Shown: positions 10,364-22,661 of the stretch, piece by piece
How the letters are laid out: each line of letters opens with the position of its first letter
How positions within the stretch are numbered: position 1 is the first letter of the stretch
NCBI GenBank assembly: GCA_030950485.1
Contig: JAUZRK010000005.1
Location: 4,449-68,448 of the forward strand
DNA from: Candidatus Dojkabacteria bacterium
GTDB taxonomy: Bacteria; Patescibacteriota; Dojkabacteria; J137
Direction of reading: 5' to 3'
DNA length: 64,000 bases
Position numbers and translations under genes: made by a program
The notes under the pieces: model-generated
Seen by the model: the letters and a program-made list of their open reading frames with translations, nothing else
What the model was told of the DNA's origin: nothing
Databases searched by the model: none

Positions 10364-10786
10364 ATGATGACAGCATTAACAATAATTTTAGGTATTATTA
10401 TTACCCCAATTGCTTTAATTTTTCTATTTAGAATCTATGGGAAAATAAGAAAAGCACTTAAGCCTAGCGAGAAGTGGAAATTATCTCTGCTTCTAAAACT
10501 GAATGAATACCAGAAAAGAATTCATACTTCTGATATTAATAGTTTAAAAAGTTTAAAAAATGATTTAGAAAAACTATTAGCTAAGATTTTTAATAAAAAA
10601 GGAGTTAGTGGTTCTAGTTTTAAAGATAAAGTAAAAAATTCATCTAAGCTATTGAGTAAAGAAGAGTGTGAATCATTAAAAAATGCTATAAAAATAAAGG
10701 ATGACTCAGTAGATAAAAATGAGTTAAAGGATGTTATAAATGCAATGTTTGATGCATCTAATTCAATTTTAACTAAATCTAATTGA
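10364..10786 (+). CDS. hypothetical membrane-anchored protein
   Basis: N-terminal TM plus Lys-rich helical domain. Confidence 0.65.
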   Translation: MMTALTIILGIIITPIALIFLFRIYGKIRKALKPSEKWKLSLLLKLNEYQKRIHTSDINSLKSLKNDLEKLLAKIFNKKGVSGSSFKDKVKNSSKLLSKEECESLKNAIKIKDDSVDKNELKDVINAMFDASNSILTKSN

Positions 10787-10950
10787 TAAAGATTTTGTCG
10801 TTAATAATCCAAGGAATCGTATTAGGAGCAATTGTTGGATCTCTTCTGGCTTTCTATTATTATAAGATTCCTGTTGAGAATGGGGTAGTATACGGCGTAC
10901 TACCTGGGGTGTTTTTTAGGTTGGTTGTGAGGTTTAAATTTGGAATATAA
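10783..10950 (+). CDS. small 2-TM membrane protein (55 aa; not in ORF track)
   Basis: TTG start overlaps the upstream TGA; MIKILSLIIQGIVLGAIVGSLLAFYYY...GVLPGVFFRLVVRFKFGI. Confidence 0.5.
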   Translation: MIKILSLIIQGIVLGAIVGSLLAFYYYKIPVENGVVYGVLPGVFFRLVVRFKFGI

Positions 10951-10964
10951 TGGCTACTGTCTAT

Positions 10965-13900
10965 TTAGTTTATAGTTCTAGCTATAAATGTATTACTAGT
11001 TAAATCATAGTTATTAAAATCAAATGTATCATTTAGAGTAACTGGTATCTTTTGGTTTACATATTTACTAGAAATATGATTAATAGTCATTGAATAGTTT
11101 GATATAGCTCCAGTATTTCCTGGTACTAATACATATTTAAACCCTTTCTTCTCTGCCATCTTAGCAGTTTCATCTAAAAACCATTCTATAAAGTTATCAA
11201 TTGGTATACTTTCCTCATCCGGGTAGTTGAACCCCCTAACTAACAGCGCTTTAGAACCGTCATTTAAAGTTACCTCAAATAAGAGTACTGATCCATCAAG
11301 CTTAAGTTCCCCTTGACCTCTTTCGCCTTCTCTTACAAATTTAAATGGTATAACCTTATGATTAGGGTTATCTATTAGAGGGTAAACACCTGTATAACAT
11401 ACATCTGCAACATATCCTGACAATTCTCCTACCAATCCTAAATCTGGTATTACTTTTACTGCTCGCTTATCTCCTGTTTCAAATTGTCTCATTTCTTCGA
11501 CAGATGCTTTGAATGTTGTTAATTCTTTTTCATATGATTCTAGAACAGTAGATCTTCTCTTCCTATTTTGAGCACCAGAGAGTTCCTTCAAAAATTTGTC
11601 ACTCCAATAAGAACGGATTTCCTTATATTCTTCATCTTCTATCTTTTCTTCATCAAGAGGCTCATTCGGAAATTTAAATACATGATTATTACCTTGTTCA
11701 TTTAGTAGATTTATAATAGAAAGTACTGCATTAGGACTTATTTCTTCATCTTGAAGAGCAATCCTTAAATTATCTATCATGTCTTCATCTCCCTGAAGAG
11801 ACTCTATTAATTTAGTAAATAAACTCCTTCTTATAATTCTATTCTGAACATCTGAATCTGCCTTACCAAATTTAAGATCTGATACTAGCATTATTATATC
11901 TTCAATATCAGAGAGTGATTCTAATTCTTTTTTACGACTTTCGTATTCATCTATTTGTTTTCTTAAAAATATATCTTTCTTTTCAGTACCAGTTTGACTT
12001 AAGGTGCTTTCTAATATTGAAACCTTTTCAGCTATATATAGATCTATACCCTCTAATATATAATTTAAATCATCTCCATTTTCTAAAACAGCCAAATAAT
12101 CATCAGCTATTATATTAAATTCTTCTACAATCCCACTAGGATCAAACATCGTAGCAACTTCACTATCTGTAAAACTCATTTTATAATAACCTTTATAGTC
12201 AGCTCTATTTAATTGTCGCTGATTAAAATCTGATAGTATAGTTTCAAAAGATATTCTCCCTAAACTAAATCTATGTGTATCGTATCCTGTAGCCTGACGT
12301 AAAAAGATTTTATCTATTTCAGTTAGTTTTTCAATCTCCTCTGGCTGAATTTCTTTAGCTGATAATATTCTATTTTTCATACTAGTACCAGCTTGAAAAA
12401 ATTCTTCTGTAGTTTGAAGCTGAAATCGCTTTATCTCGTCTGAGAGTTCATAAGTCCCATTTAACTTTTCATATCTGTATATCTCTTTTAATACTCTGAA
12501 TAAAGCAGGGGACCTTGACAGACCAAGCCTACTGACAAACATAGTCAAGACTTCAATGTCCTCATCTGTTGCTTCAAAGTTACTTTCCTCTTCATTAAGT
12601 AAATATACAATTAGATTTGCAGTTCTATCGTATGCGTTTTGAGTAAAAGCATTTCTTCTCTTCTGATTCGAAATTGGTAGAGCTGAAAGAAATTTCTCAG
12701 CAGCCTCTTCGCCGTATAGTGTCCCAAAACTCTTCTTGCTCATAAGTTTGAAAGTCTCCTCTTTATCAAATTCTAAATACCTTAACATTAATTCCCTAGT
12801 TTCTTCGCCTTCAAATAAAAGACCGTCTATATCATCTATTCTACTAATCCAGTAATCTTTTATTTTCTCTGGTATCCTTCCAATATAGTCAGATACTTGA
12901 TGATTATTATCAATTCTATGAATAAAATTTTTAACGTTATTTAAATAATCTTCTGATAATTCGCCATCTATTAAATATTTAAATATATTTGTGTTTAATC
13001 TATTGATAGATTTATTTTGAGAATTTTGTATATATGCTCCTAATTCAGTAAGGTCATCTAGTTTTGTATACTCAACTAACCTTTCCCAATCTTCAGAAGT
13101 AAGACTTTCAATTAAAGAATTCTCATTTGAGAATGCTTGAAGAAATTCTATATTCTCTACTAAAACATTTACTTCTCCATACCTAGAACCAAATGCTATT
13201 AAGTGCTTAATAGTATTACTTTGTAATTTTTCATTTCGAGCAACTTCCTTCAAATCTGACACTGGTAATTTTCGAAGATCTAAGTTTGCAGCGCTAAGTC
13301 TCCTAGCTATATTCTCACGAGTCTCCAGTGGAATCTCATTATTATATAAAATATCTAGTATTTTAGAAGTTCCGTCTTCAAGACTTGAGATATACCCTAA
13401 AATATTAGGAGAATTGGAGATATCTTGTAGAATTTTTAGCTCTCTTTTTGCTTGCCAAATTTCTTTGTATTCTACGCTATTAGCTTCAATGTCTTTTACT
13501 CTTAATTCTAATTCAGCTCTTGCAGAATTTAATTCTCCAAGATTTTTTAATAGGAATTCTATATCGGCATCCTTTGTATACTCAAATACTTGATCGATAT
13601 TTCTCTTTGTTTTAAATACATCTTCAAGACCTAATTCCAAAATTAATTTTGCAGTTTCTTCCAAATTACTTGAATTTGAAGTAGGCATAATTATCTTCAA
13701 TGCTACTTCCAAGGTCTGAAGGTTAGCGTCTTCTATTCTCTCAGAATAAGAATTTGCATTACTCTTTGATCTCAAGCTGGTAAATAAATCTGGTAAAGCA
13801 TTAGATAAAGTTTGCTTAATCTTTATACCTAAGTCCTTATCAACTCCATCTATAAATGTTAAAAGTGACCAAATTTGATCATCTGAGCCACCAATATCTT

Positions 13901-16061
13901 TTAATGTTTTATTTAAAGTCTTCTCTAAATCAGTTGTACTAAACCGAAGTCTTAGGTCAGTAAATTGACGTCTTATACTCGACATAAACTCAGTATCTTC
14001 ATCACCAATATCAGTCCCAAAAATTTCTTGAATCAATCCATCTATTTGAGGTTCATCAATTTTGATATGTGGAATTATTCTTGAGAAATCACCATATTGA
14101 GAGTTATTTAACAGCATATTAATCATACCTCTACTACTAAGTTTAATCTCACTATTATCTTCTGAAATATAAAAGTCTAAAAACAAATCATCAAAATTAA
14201 TTTCTAGACTTCCCCTCTCATCAGTCTTTACATAACTATCAAAAAAATACTAATATCTATATTACTTTTTTCATTTTCAGCATAGTAAAGTAACATCTTT
14301 ATTTGCTAATCCATTCAGCGCTTTATGCAGTCCACTTCTATTTAAATGTATATCACTTCCGTCTTCACTCAAAACAAAGTCCGGCTCATTTATATCATTT
14401 ACAATATGTGGGATGTATCTAGATAAGTTAGAATTATTTACTCTTTCATAAAGTATCACTCTTTCTAATCCAACAGACTCACTTACACTCTCGTCAAAGA
14501 AAGGCTGAAGTCCCATTAATGAATAATAATCAACTTCATCAGAATCTAAATAAACACTAATCTGACCTCTAACCTCATTAATTATCTCTGCTGATAAAAC
14601 GTCTGTAATAGGCCTATCATCATTATATTTATAACTTAATAAACCAGTATACCTATCGTAACCATCAGCCATATGACTTAGTTCACTTTTAAGAATGAAT
14701 TCTACGCCTCCTTCTCTGATTTGTTCTAATACTATGTCATGAACACTACTATCAATCTTTATAGGTTTTTTAGAGTATGGCGCGTTTTCTATTACAGACT
14801 TAAGTATCCTTTTAGACAAATCAGCCCTTACTTTGCCACTCTCTGTAAATCTTTCTCCAATAAAATCTGGAAGAGAAGAGAACCCAGATTCAATTACTTT
14901 CCCTAAAAGACTATTGTTAACATATATCTTATATCCAAATTGATCATTTAAATCTGCTGATCCTCCAGTAAATAAATATTCAAACTCATCATCACTAAGA
15001 GCTGTAATACGATATTTTATTGAATCAGGGAAATTAATCTCTAATTCTGTACAATAATTCACTATTACACCAAGGTCAGATCTGTGTATTTGATCAGCTT
15101 TAATTTGTGCTTCTAAGAAGTTTCTTACTTCTGGTTGAAGTCTATTAAAATCTCCATTTGTCTTATGAATAGCAGCTAAGATGACATTCGCAGAAGCTTT
15201 TGATTCTTCCGAAATTTCTGGGATATCTGTAGTTATCTGTTCCCACATTGGTCCATTTTCTCCTATACTCTTGCCTGAAGAAATTATTATGGATAATGCA
15301 TTATCATAAGTATCATCACTAATTGCATCTATTGAGAAAAGTTCATCAGCTTCAGACAATGCTTCATTATTCTGAGAATTAGCTACCAGAGCTACTAACT
15401 CTATTGAATCATGTTTAGCTAGTGTTATCGGCTTTGAAGCGACTTCAGATCTAATTTTGATAGAATCATCGCTAGTGTCTTTTATAATTTGCGCTGCTAG
15501 TGGATTAACCTCCTTTCCTTCTTTTAAGTTTATATAAGCTATGGCGTTCGCAATAGATCTTTTAGCAATGACTTCATTCTGTATTTCTAAATCTTGTTTT
15601 TCAGCTCTTCGAAATCTTAAACTTGAGGATTTAAACTCTTCAAAGTCTTGATCTGATATCTCTGGTAATAGACCGACAAATCTATCGCTCTCAAGTAACT
15701 CAGCTAACTGTACGGCATCATCACCATCAAGACTGTTATGGTACAAGTTTTTATTTATAAATCCGAAAAAATTAACTTTACCAGTGTTTGTTAAATGATC
15801 AAATAACTCCTCTCTAAATATAGAATCATTTACAATTGTAGATTTATCATTTTCGCCCCTAACATCTCTAAGAAATGATAGAACCCTAATAGCAACTCGT
15901 GTAGAAGCATTAAATAAATTTGCGTTTTGCCCCTGAACAGATCGTCTTAACTTTACTTCTAATATGTCGCTACTTTGTAAAGCTGTATTATCTGTTTGAG
16001 GTTGAATATCTAAAGTCTCATCTTCAGTATTTTGAACATTAGTATTATTATCTTCAGACAT
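10965..16061 (-). pseudogene. ~1,700-aa hypothetical protein split by two compensating single-base indels (~14250 and ~14290)
   Basis: ORFs 14277-16061 and 10965-14186 are in the same frame. A short shifted segment (YYAENEKSNIDISI) bridges them. The motif DF..SED.S.I.L occurs on both sides. Confidence 0.65.
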
Positions 16062-16159
16062 ATATTAATCTTGATGATACTCCATCTTAATTAATATCAT
16101 TCTTAAGATCAATGTATTTGAATAAATATTAAATATGTTTAGATTTATTTAAAAAAATA

Positions 16160-17338
16160 TTATTCTTTTCTTGCAGCATATAATCCAAACATACTTCCAA
16201 ATAGCGCTAAGATAAATGTAGAGATAATTGCTATAGAAAGTGAATAGTCACTTTTTAAAATTCCATACCCCATCATGTAGATAAAAAGTAATCCTCTAGA
16301 AAGTAATGACTGCATAGAAAGAATTGTCGAGCGCATAGAAGACTCAATTCGATCATTAGTAAACTGGCCAATTGCAATTCTACTAACTGTGTCTAAGATA
16401 CCAATTATTATTGCAACGAGAATTATTATAAATAACGAGTTTATTAATTGAAATAGTATTATCAAAGGAGTTGTAATAGCTGTAAATTTTATTAGTTTAT
16501 TTATTTTTATTATTTTTTTAAACTTCTTTAAAAGGATAGCGCCAATGGCTCTTCCTATTATTATTAAAGTACAATAAGACCAATCTGACTTTGCTTAAAA
16601 CTATAATCTTCTGAGACTACCTGTATAACCGATTTTGCAGATATAAAAATAGACGAGAAAACTACATAATGAGTTGTGATTTTAAACAAACCATTTTTAA
16701 CTGCTTTTTTAGAAATCAATTCTTTTAAGCTAGATAGAGTATGTCTTAAATAGTTACTATCTTGAATCTCCCTAGCTTTCTTTGTAATATCCGGCTCTTT
16801 TACAAAAAGGATTATCAAGGACGATAATAAGTAGAAAAATATCGGTAACCCTAAAGTAGCTCTTAAGTTATATTGTCCTATAATTCCACCTATCAAAGTA
16901 TATAAAGCAGAGGTTGCAAACGAGATTAGTAATACGTTATTCATAACCTTCTTATAATTCGCCTCATTATTCTCCTGCTTTAATGAATCATAAATAAGCG
17001 CAGTATCCGCTCCAGAGTTTAAACTTAATCCAAGTGCTGAAAAGGCTACTGATACTAATAGGAATAAGTAACTGTCATTTACCATTAATGAAAAATATCA
17101 TGGCAATCATATTTGATAAACCTCCTAAGTATAATGAAAGTTTACGAGATACTTTATCCGCAATTACTCCAGTTGGAACTTCAAATAATAGAACCATTAA
17201 TGAAAAAGTTCCTACAGCACTTAGCGCCTGAACCTCTGTAAATGATTTATATTTAGTTAAATATGGAATAAGAGTAGCAAACCAAAACGTTGGAGTAGAA
17301 AATATGTTGAATAGATAGATTAATTTTATATTTTTCAT
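16160..17338 (-). pseudogene. MFS transporter split by two compensating frameshifts (~17090, ~16566)
   Basis: FEVPTGVIADKVSRK, SGADTALIYDSL, RSTILS motifs across three ORFs; first and last fragments share a frame. Confidence 0.85.
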
Positions 17339-17432
17339 AAATCATTATAAAACAAAACGCTGCTTATAGTTGATTAAGTAATGATAGAACATCAGCAATC
17401 CATACTCATAATCTCATTTCCTTATTCACCTA

Positions 17433-17468
17433 TAACTTTTTACTTTAAAATTTTGACTTTTAACTTTA
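17433..17468. repeat. short heptamer array in divergent promoter region
   Basis: AACTTTT TACTTTA AAATTTT GACTTTT AACTTTA. Confidence 0.4.
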
Positions 17469-17480
17469 TAGTATACTTAT

Positions 17481-18647
17481 TTGATGGAACTCTCAAAAGA
17501 TCAAGACAAAGCACTTAAAGAAATTCTTAAATGGTTTAAAAACCCTTCTAGATCTAATTATATAACACTAGGTGGTTATGCAGGAACTGGTAAAACAACA
17601 TTAGTTTCACTACTACGAGAAGAACTAAGAAAGGAGCATAAAAACTTATCTGTTTCATTTTGTAGCTATACTGGAAAAGCAACTAGAGTTCTTGAAGATA
17701 AACTAAGAGAAAGTAAATCAATTTTAAACCAAGATACAGTAAGTACAATTCACTCTTTAATCTACTCTACAATTACAAATGCTAAAGAAGAAATTATTGG
17801 TTGGGAAAGAAAAAGAGAAGTTGGTAGTGATCTTATAATTGTAGATGAAGCTTCAATGGTAGATAGTAGAATTTGGAATGATCTAAGTTCTTTTGGAATT
17901 CCAATACTAGCAGTTGGAGATCATGGACAATTACCTCCAATAAGCGGAAGTTTTAATCTAGTTGAAAAGCCAATGATAAAATTAGAGGAGATACATAGAC
18001 AGGCAAAAGAAAACCCGATAATAGAGCTCTCAATTCAAGCAAGAAAAGAGGGAAAAATTGATCCCGGTCACTATAGCGGCAATGTAATAAAACTTAGAAG
18101 GTCTGATGAAGACTCAAGAGAAATGTTTTCAGAACTTCTCCAAAATTCAAATAATGATTCATTAGTACTATGTGGATATAACCATACAAGAGTGAAACTT
18201 AATAAATTTATTAGAGATTCTTTGGAGTACGAAACAAGCACACCTGAGTTTGGAGATAGAGTGATTTGCCTAAGAAATAACCATCAGAAAGGTATTTTTA
18301 ACGGGATGCATGGAAACATAAAAAAAATCACTAGCCATAATAATGGCTGGTATAACGCTGAGATCGAAATGGATGGGGATGATAAACGTTTTAAAGGATT
18401 AATTTCAAAAGATCAATTTAATAATCCACAGTCTTTAAACTTCACTGAAGAAAGAGGGAGATATATGGATGGGGATCTTTTTGACTTTGGATACGCGATT
18501 ACAGTCCATAAAGCTCAGGGTAGTCAAGCTAATAGAGTAGTATTGTTTGAAGAGCGTTTTAAACAAATGACCGATAAAATGTGGAAGAGATGGCTTTATA
18601 CTGCAGTTACAAGAGCTGAATCTGAGTTGTATATTTTAGGTGATTAG
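17481..18647 (+). CDS. stand-alone SF1B helicase (RecD/Dda-like); likely start ATG 17484
   Basis: GGYAGTGKT, DEASM, GDHGQLPP, HRQ, YAITVHKAQGS, LYTAVTRA. Confidence 0.92.
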   Translation: MMELSKDQDKALKEILKWFKNPSRSNYITLGGYAGTGKTTLVSLLREELRKEHKNLSVSFCSYTGKATRVLEDKLRESKSILNQDTVSTIHSLIYSTITNAKEEIIGWERKREVGSDLIIVDEASMVDSRIWNDLSSFGIPILAVGDHGQLPPISGSFNLVEKPMIKLEEIHRQAKENPIIELSIQARKEGKIDPGHYSGNVIKLRRSDEDSREMFSELLQNSNNDSLVLCGYNHTRVKLNKFIRDSLEYETSTPEFGDRVICLRNNHQKGIFNGMHGNIKKITSHNNGWYNAEIEMDGDDKRFKGLISKDQFNNPQSLNFTEERGRYMDGDLFDFGYAITVHKAQGSQANRVVLFEERFKQMTDKMWKRWLYTAVTRAESELYILGD

Positions 18648-18651
18648 GAAT

Positions 18652-19976
18652 TTACAATTCAGGATTATTGACAATCTTATGTAAATCTTCTGGGATATCC
18701 TGGAACTCAATTCCCAATCTATAGAGTAAATAATCTGTCTTAGATTTTAAACCTCTGATAATTTGAAAAAATCTACCCTTTTTAAAACTTTCTAAATAAT
18801 TAGAGAATGTCCAATCTAACCTTAGTTTTGGATCATTCATATTGTTACTATTAAATACTAATTCTAGGAGTGTATACATTCCATTACTTATTTCCACCAT
18901 TGCAGTCTTACCGTCAGAAGCTTGCATTAACATTATATACCCAGCATTTTTAGGGAAATCTATTATAGTACTAACATTTGACTTATTCATATCGATAATA
19001 CAGAAATCTAGGCTCTCATTTACATAAAACGAACCTTTAAACTTGGGTTGTCTTAAAAGCACATGCCCCATATAACTAAGTGTTTCTACTGCTAATAAGT
19101 TTCTAATCCTTCTTTCCCGGGGATTCATACTATAAAGCTGTGGAAAGATATAAGTTCTTATTATAGCTATTTCTCTATATTTATAATCTCCATACAGTGC
19201 ATATCCAATATCTGACAATCCCGTTGTTTGCCTAATATCAAAAATATTTCTTATCCCGTCTAGTTCAAAACACTTTGTAAACATATCGTAAGCATGCGTA
19301 TTATTAGTCTCTACTATATTTCTTGCTACAAGCATCTGTTTATCTAAATAGAAACCTGATTCTACAAATAGTCTGAAAGATAGATACTGCGTTTCGTTTT
19401 CGAATAAAACAACTTCACTTAATGACTCATCAGCATTGCTTATAAAACAGTAGTATGTAGAGGGTATACCAGAATTTGAAACTATTTTTGGAATATCAGG
19501 AAATGCTATTTTAAAGTCAGTATCTGGAATATTTATACCAGCAGGTAGATAATCTAAGTCTTCATCATATTCTAAAATATCGAGTTTAGTCTGCTTAATA
19601 ATTCTATCCCGTGCAGAGTTTTTAGCCTTATCGCTAACTTCATCAATTTCATAAGAATTAACTAAAGTTATTCCTCTTGCAGCCGTTACAGTTCTATCTG
19701 GTCTGTAAAACACTGAATGTCCAAAGTCATCTTCAAATATTGTAGATGGTGATATTAATTTAAGTGCACCAATTACTGAATCTTGAAATCTCCCATCTGG
19801 ATTACCAGTGTAGTGCGATCCGTTATATGCAATTTCTTTTCCCAGTCTAGATGTAGCTAGATAGAAGTATGAACAAGCACTATATCTTGAATCTCTAACT
19901 CTATCTTCTATTATTTCAGATAACTCAACATATATACCCCTCGCTCCTGTAGCTCATATTCCGTTTTCTCATCCAT
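18652..19976 (-). pseudogene. hypothetical protein with frameshift near 19935
   Basis: Frame of ORF 18652-19713 stays open upstream to ~19940. ATG 19976 (MDEKTEYELQER) is in another frame, and the shift falls at GGGGTATATATG. Confidence 0.55.
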
Positions 19977-20036
19977 ACAATGAATTACAAATTAACAGAA
20001 GGATTTTAGCATACTATAAAGAGGTCTGTCATATAC

Positions 20037-20067
20037 AAAAAAAGAGGTAGCACAATGCTACCTCTTT
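20037..20067 (-). terminator. intrinsic terminator
   Basis: AAAGAGGTAGCA-CAA-TGCTACCTCTTT with U-tract on the minus strand. Confidence 0.85.
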
Positions 20068-20088
20068 ACTAATTTTCGATTAATTTTT

Positions 20089-20847
20089 CTACATATCCAT
20101 TATTTCAATTTTCTCAATTACAGCTCCTTTAGGAAGTTTATCAACTACATCTCGGCCAGAAATCACTTGTCCGAAAATAGTATATAAAGGAGGTAGTTGT
20201 CCATCCTCCAACATAATAAAGAACTGACTTCCGTTTGTATTAGGTCCTGAATTAGCCATAGCTAATGCTCCTTTTTTATAATCTATCACATCCATTGGTT
20301 GTCCATACTGATCCATTACCTGAGTTCTAGGGTATTTATCAACCGGGATAAATTCATCTTCAAATTGATATCCTGGTCCTCCTGATCCAGTTCCAGTTGG
20401 ATCACCTCCTTGAATTACAAATCTTTCCACTCTTCTATGAAAAATCAAACCATCGTAAAAGTCTTCATTAGCTAGAAAAACATGATTACTAACAGCAATA
20501 GGCGCTAAATCGGCATATAACTCTAGTTCGATTACACCTTCGCTTGTTGTAATAACAGATTTCTTATTCTTTATCTCACTATCTGCTAAAACACCAGGTG
20601 ATTTAGGGTACATATTTGCTTTAGAACTTGTTCCTTTATCTGACATATTTGAATTATTAAAATCTAGATTATCTAAAGAAGAAGTATCGTCTCCTTCATA
20701 TACTGTAATATTATCACTTAATTCAACATTTTCTGTGATTTCTTCATCAGAAGTATCTTCATTAGTAAATTTATCATATGCTACAACTGAGAAAAAAACT
20801 ATAACAGCTGCAGTTAATGTTCCAGCAGTGTACGTGTATTTATTCAT
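20089..20847 (-). CDS. cyclophilin-type peptidyl-prolyl isomerase, N-terminally anchored
   Basis: FYDGLIFHR, IQGGDPTGTGSGGPGY, AMANSGPNTNGSQFFI. Confidence 0.95.
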   Translation of the reverse strand: MNKYTYTAGTLTAAVIVFFSVVAYDKFTNEDTSDEEITENVELSDNITVYEGDDTSSLDNLDFNNSNMSDKGTSSKANMYPKSPGVLADSEIKNKKSVITTSEGVIELELYADLAPIAVSNHVFLANEDFYDGLIFHRRVERFVIQGGDPTGTGSGGPGYQFEDEFIPVDKYPRTQVMDQYGQPMDVIDYKKGALAMANSGPNTNGSQFFIMLEDGQLPPLYTIFGQVISGRDVVDKLPKGAVIEKIEIMDM

Positions 20848-20925
20848 AACTCTTTTTAAAATATTAGACTAGGTATTATAAATAAGGATTAGTTAACTTA
20901 CAAACAAGGAATGTTATTATGTTTT

Positions 20926-21546
20926 TTATAATAAGTTATGCTTTCCGACAACCATCTCTAATTTAACCAGTGAATGGAGCTTAGATTCAAAAAGTTCTGC
21001 TTTATATTGATTCGAAGTTCCAATATAAATTTTATTAATTTTAGTAGCTGCATCAAACTCTCCAAGCGCTGAATCTAAAAAAAGTAAAGCTATTTGCTTT
21101 ACTTCATTATCTATTTTTCTAATTTCATTAATGTAAATATTGACGTTAATGAGATTTGTTTTAAAATCAGGATAGTACGTAAAAAAGACATCCTCACAAG
21201 TTAGAATTGTCTTATTCATTTTAAATCTCAACTTCTTTATATCTTTTTTTTGTCTAAAAGCCTTTATATTCCAGCCTTCAATTGATATAGGTGATTCTTC
21301 TACAACTCTTATAACATCTTCAAATGCGTCAACTAAGCCATCTGCACTTATTACCAACTGATTATCTTCGCTATTCTTGGTGAAATTTAATTCGAATATT
21401 AACTTGTCATTAATTTTCTGGAGCTTCTGTTTCAAAGAGTTAATTAAAGAGTAGTCATCTTCTTTTAATCCACCCAGTAATTTACTATTACCTGCAAACC
21501 AGGTCCAAAAATCATTAATCCTTTTTTCCTTTAAATTTAAAAGCAT
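20926..21546 (-). CDS. conserved hypothetical protein
   Basis: FWTWF, LVISADG, LLDSALGE-like motifs. Confidence 0.7.
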   Translation of the reverse strand: MLLNLKEKRINDFWTWFAGNSKLLGGLKEDDYSLINSLKQKLQKINDKLIFELNFTKNSEDNQLVISADGLVDAFEDVIRVVEESPISIEGWNIKAFRQKKDIKKLRFKMNKTILTCEDVFFTYYPDFKTNLINVNIYINEIRKIDNEVKQIALLFLDSALGEFDAATKINKIYIGTSNQYKAELFESKLHSLVKLEMVVGKHNLL

Positions 21547-21553
21547 TTACGTT

Positions 21554-22150
21554 ATGTTTTTAAGGGTGATATTATTTAATAATACTAAATTTTTCGAAAT
21601 GATAGAAGAGAAAAATCAAAAAGATCTAAAAGACATATTCTTATCTATTGAATATCAAGAAAAAAATGAATTAGAAATCAGTGAGAATATATTAATAAAA
21701 ACTCTTAAAAGATCACCAGACTCAATAGAGGCAAAGATTAGATTGGGTTTAATAGAAAGTAGTCTAGATAAAAAAGATACAGCTAAATTTCTTTTCAATT
21801 CTATAAGTGTTGAAGAATGGAACTTAGAGTTATTTCTGTTTGAAAAATTATTAGCAAATAAAAGTTCAAAAAAGAAAGTGTTGAAAATTATTAAAGAAGC
21901 AGAGAAGAATAAGATAACATACTTATCTAGACTGTATTATATGGCTGCTACAATAATGCTAGATCATAATGATTCAAAAGCTTACGTGTTTGCAAGAAAG
22001 GCTTTAATTAATACTCAGAATCAGGAATTTTTCGAAGAATATGATAAGCTATATATAAAATCCATTAAAAGACAGGAAGTAGACTGGAGATTCTTTTTCA
22101 TAATCTTAGGATTTACAATATTTTTTCTAATTATTAAATTGTTATTATAG
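21554..22150 (+). CDS. TPR-like protein with C-terminal TM
   Basis: Helical repeat pattern, hydrophobic tail. Confidence 0.55.
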   Translation: MFLRVILFNNTKFFEMIEEKNQKDLKDIFLSIEYQEKNELEISENILIKTLKRSPDSIEAKIRLGLIESSLDKKDTAKFLFNSISVEEWNLELFLFEKLLANKSSKKKVLKIIKEAEKNKITYLSRLYYMAATIMLDHNDSKAYVFARKALINTQNQEFFEEYDKLYIKSIKRQEVDWRFFFIILGFTIFFLIIKLLL

Positions 22151-22154
22151 AACC

Positions 22155-22661
22155 ATGACTTTTGAAGATATAAACTTTGATGCAGAAAGAGAATATTTAA
22201 AAGCAGTAGAAGCCTTAGAAGCTGGAAAATGGAGTAGTGCTTTTGAGGTATTAATTGATATTACGAAAAATTATCCAGAGTTTGCAAAGGGTTATTATTC
22301 ATTAGGATGGCTCTTCTTTCATAAACTTGGAAATCATAGACTAGCTTTAAAAATGTATAACAAATGTTTAGAGCTTGATATTGAATCAATTAAATTTCAA
22401 CATTCGTTTATACATGTGTTGATTGTAATGAAAGAATTTAAAACACTAAAAACTATATTAACTAGTGCGGAAAAATTACCTGGAATAGATTTATCAATAA
22501 TCTTTGATGCATATGGCCAGATGTATGAGTTACAAGGAGATTTTGATAAGGCTTTAGAATACTATAAGAAATCTTTAGAGTTAGATATAAATAATGGCGC
22601 GGTGGAACATTTTAATGACGCTGTAAAAAGATGTAATAGAAAGCAAGAGATATTAACTTAG
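22155..22661 (+). CDS. tetratricopeptide repeat protein
   Basis: GYYSLG...A...YNKCLELD; YGQMYELQGDFDKALEYYKKSLELD. Confidence 0.85.
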   Translation: MTFEDINFDAEREYLKAVEALEAGKWSSAFEVLIDITKNYPEFAKGYYSLGWLFFHKLGNHRLALKMYNKCLELDIESIKFQHSFIHVLIVMKEFKTLKTILTSAEKLPGIDLSIIFDAYGQMYELQGDFDKALEYYKKSLELDINNGAVEHFNDAVKRCNRKQEILT

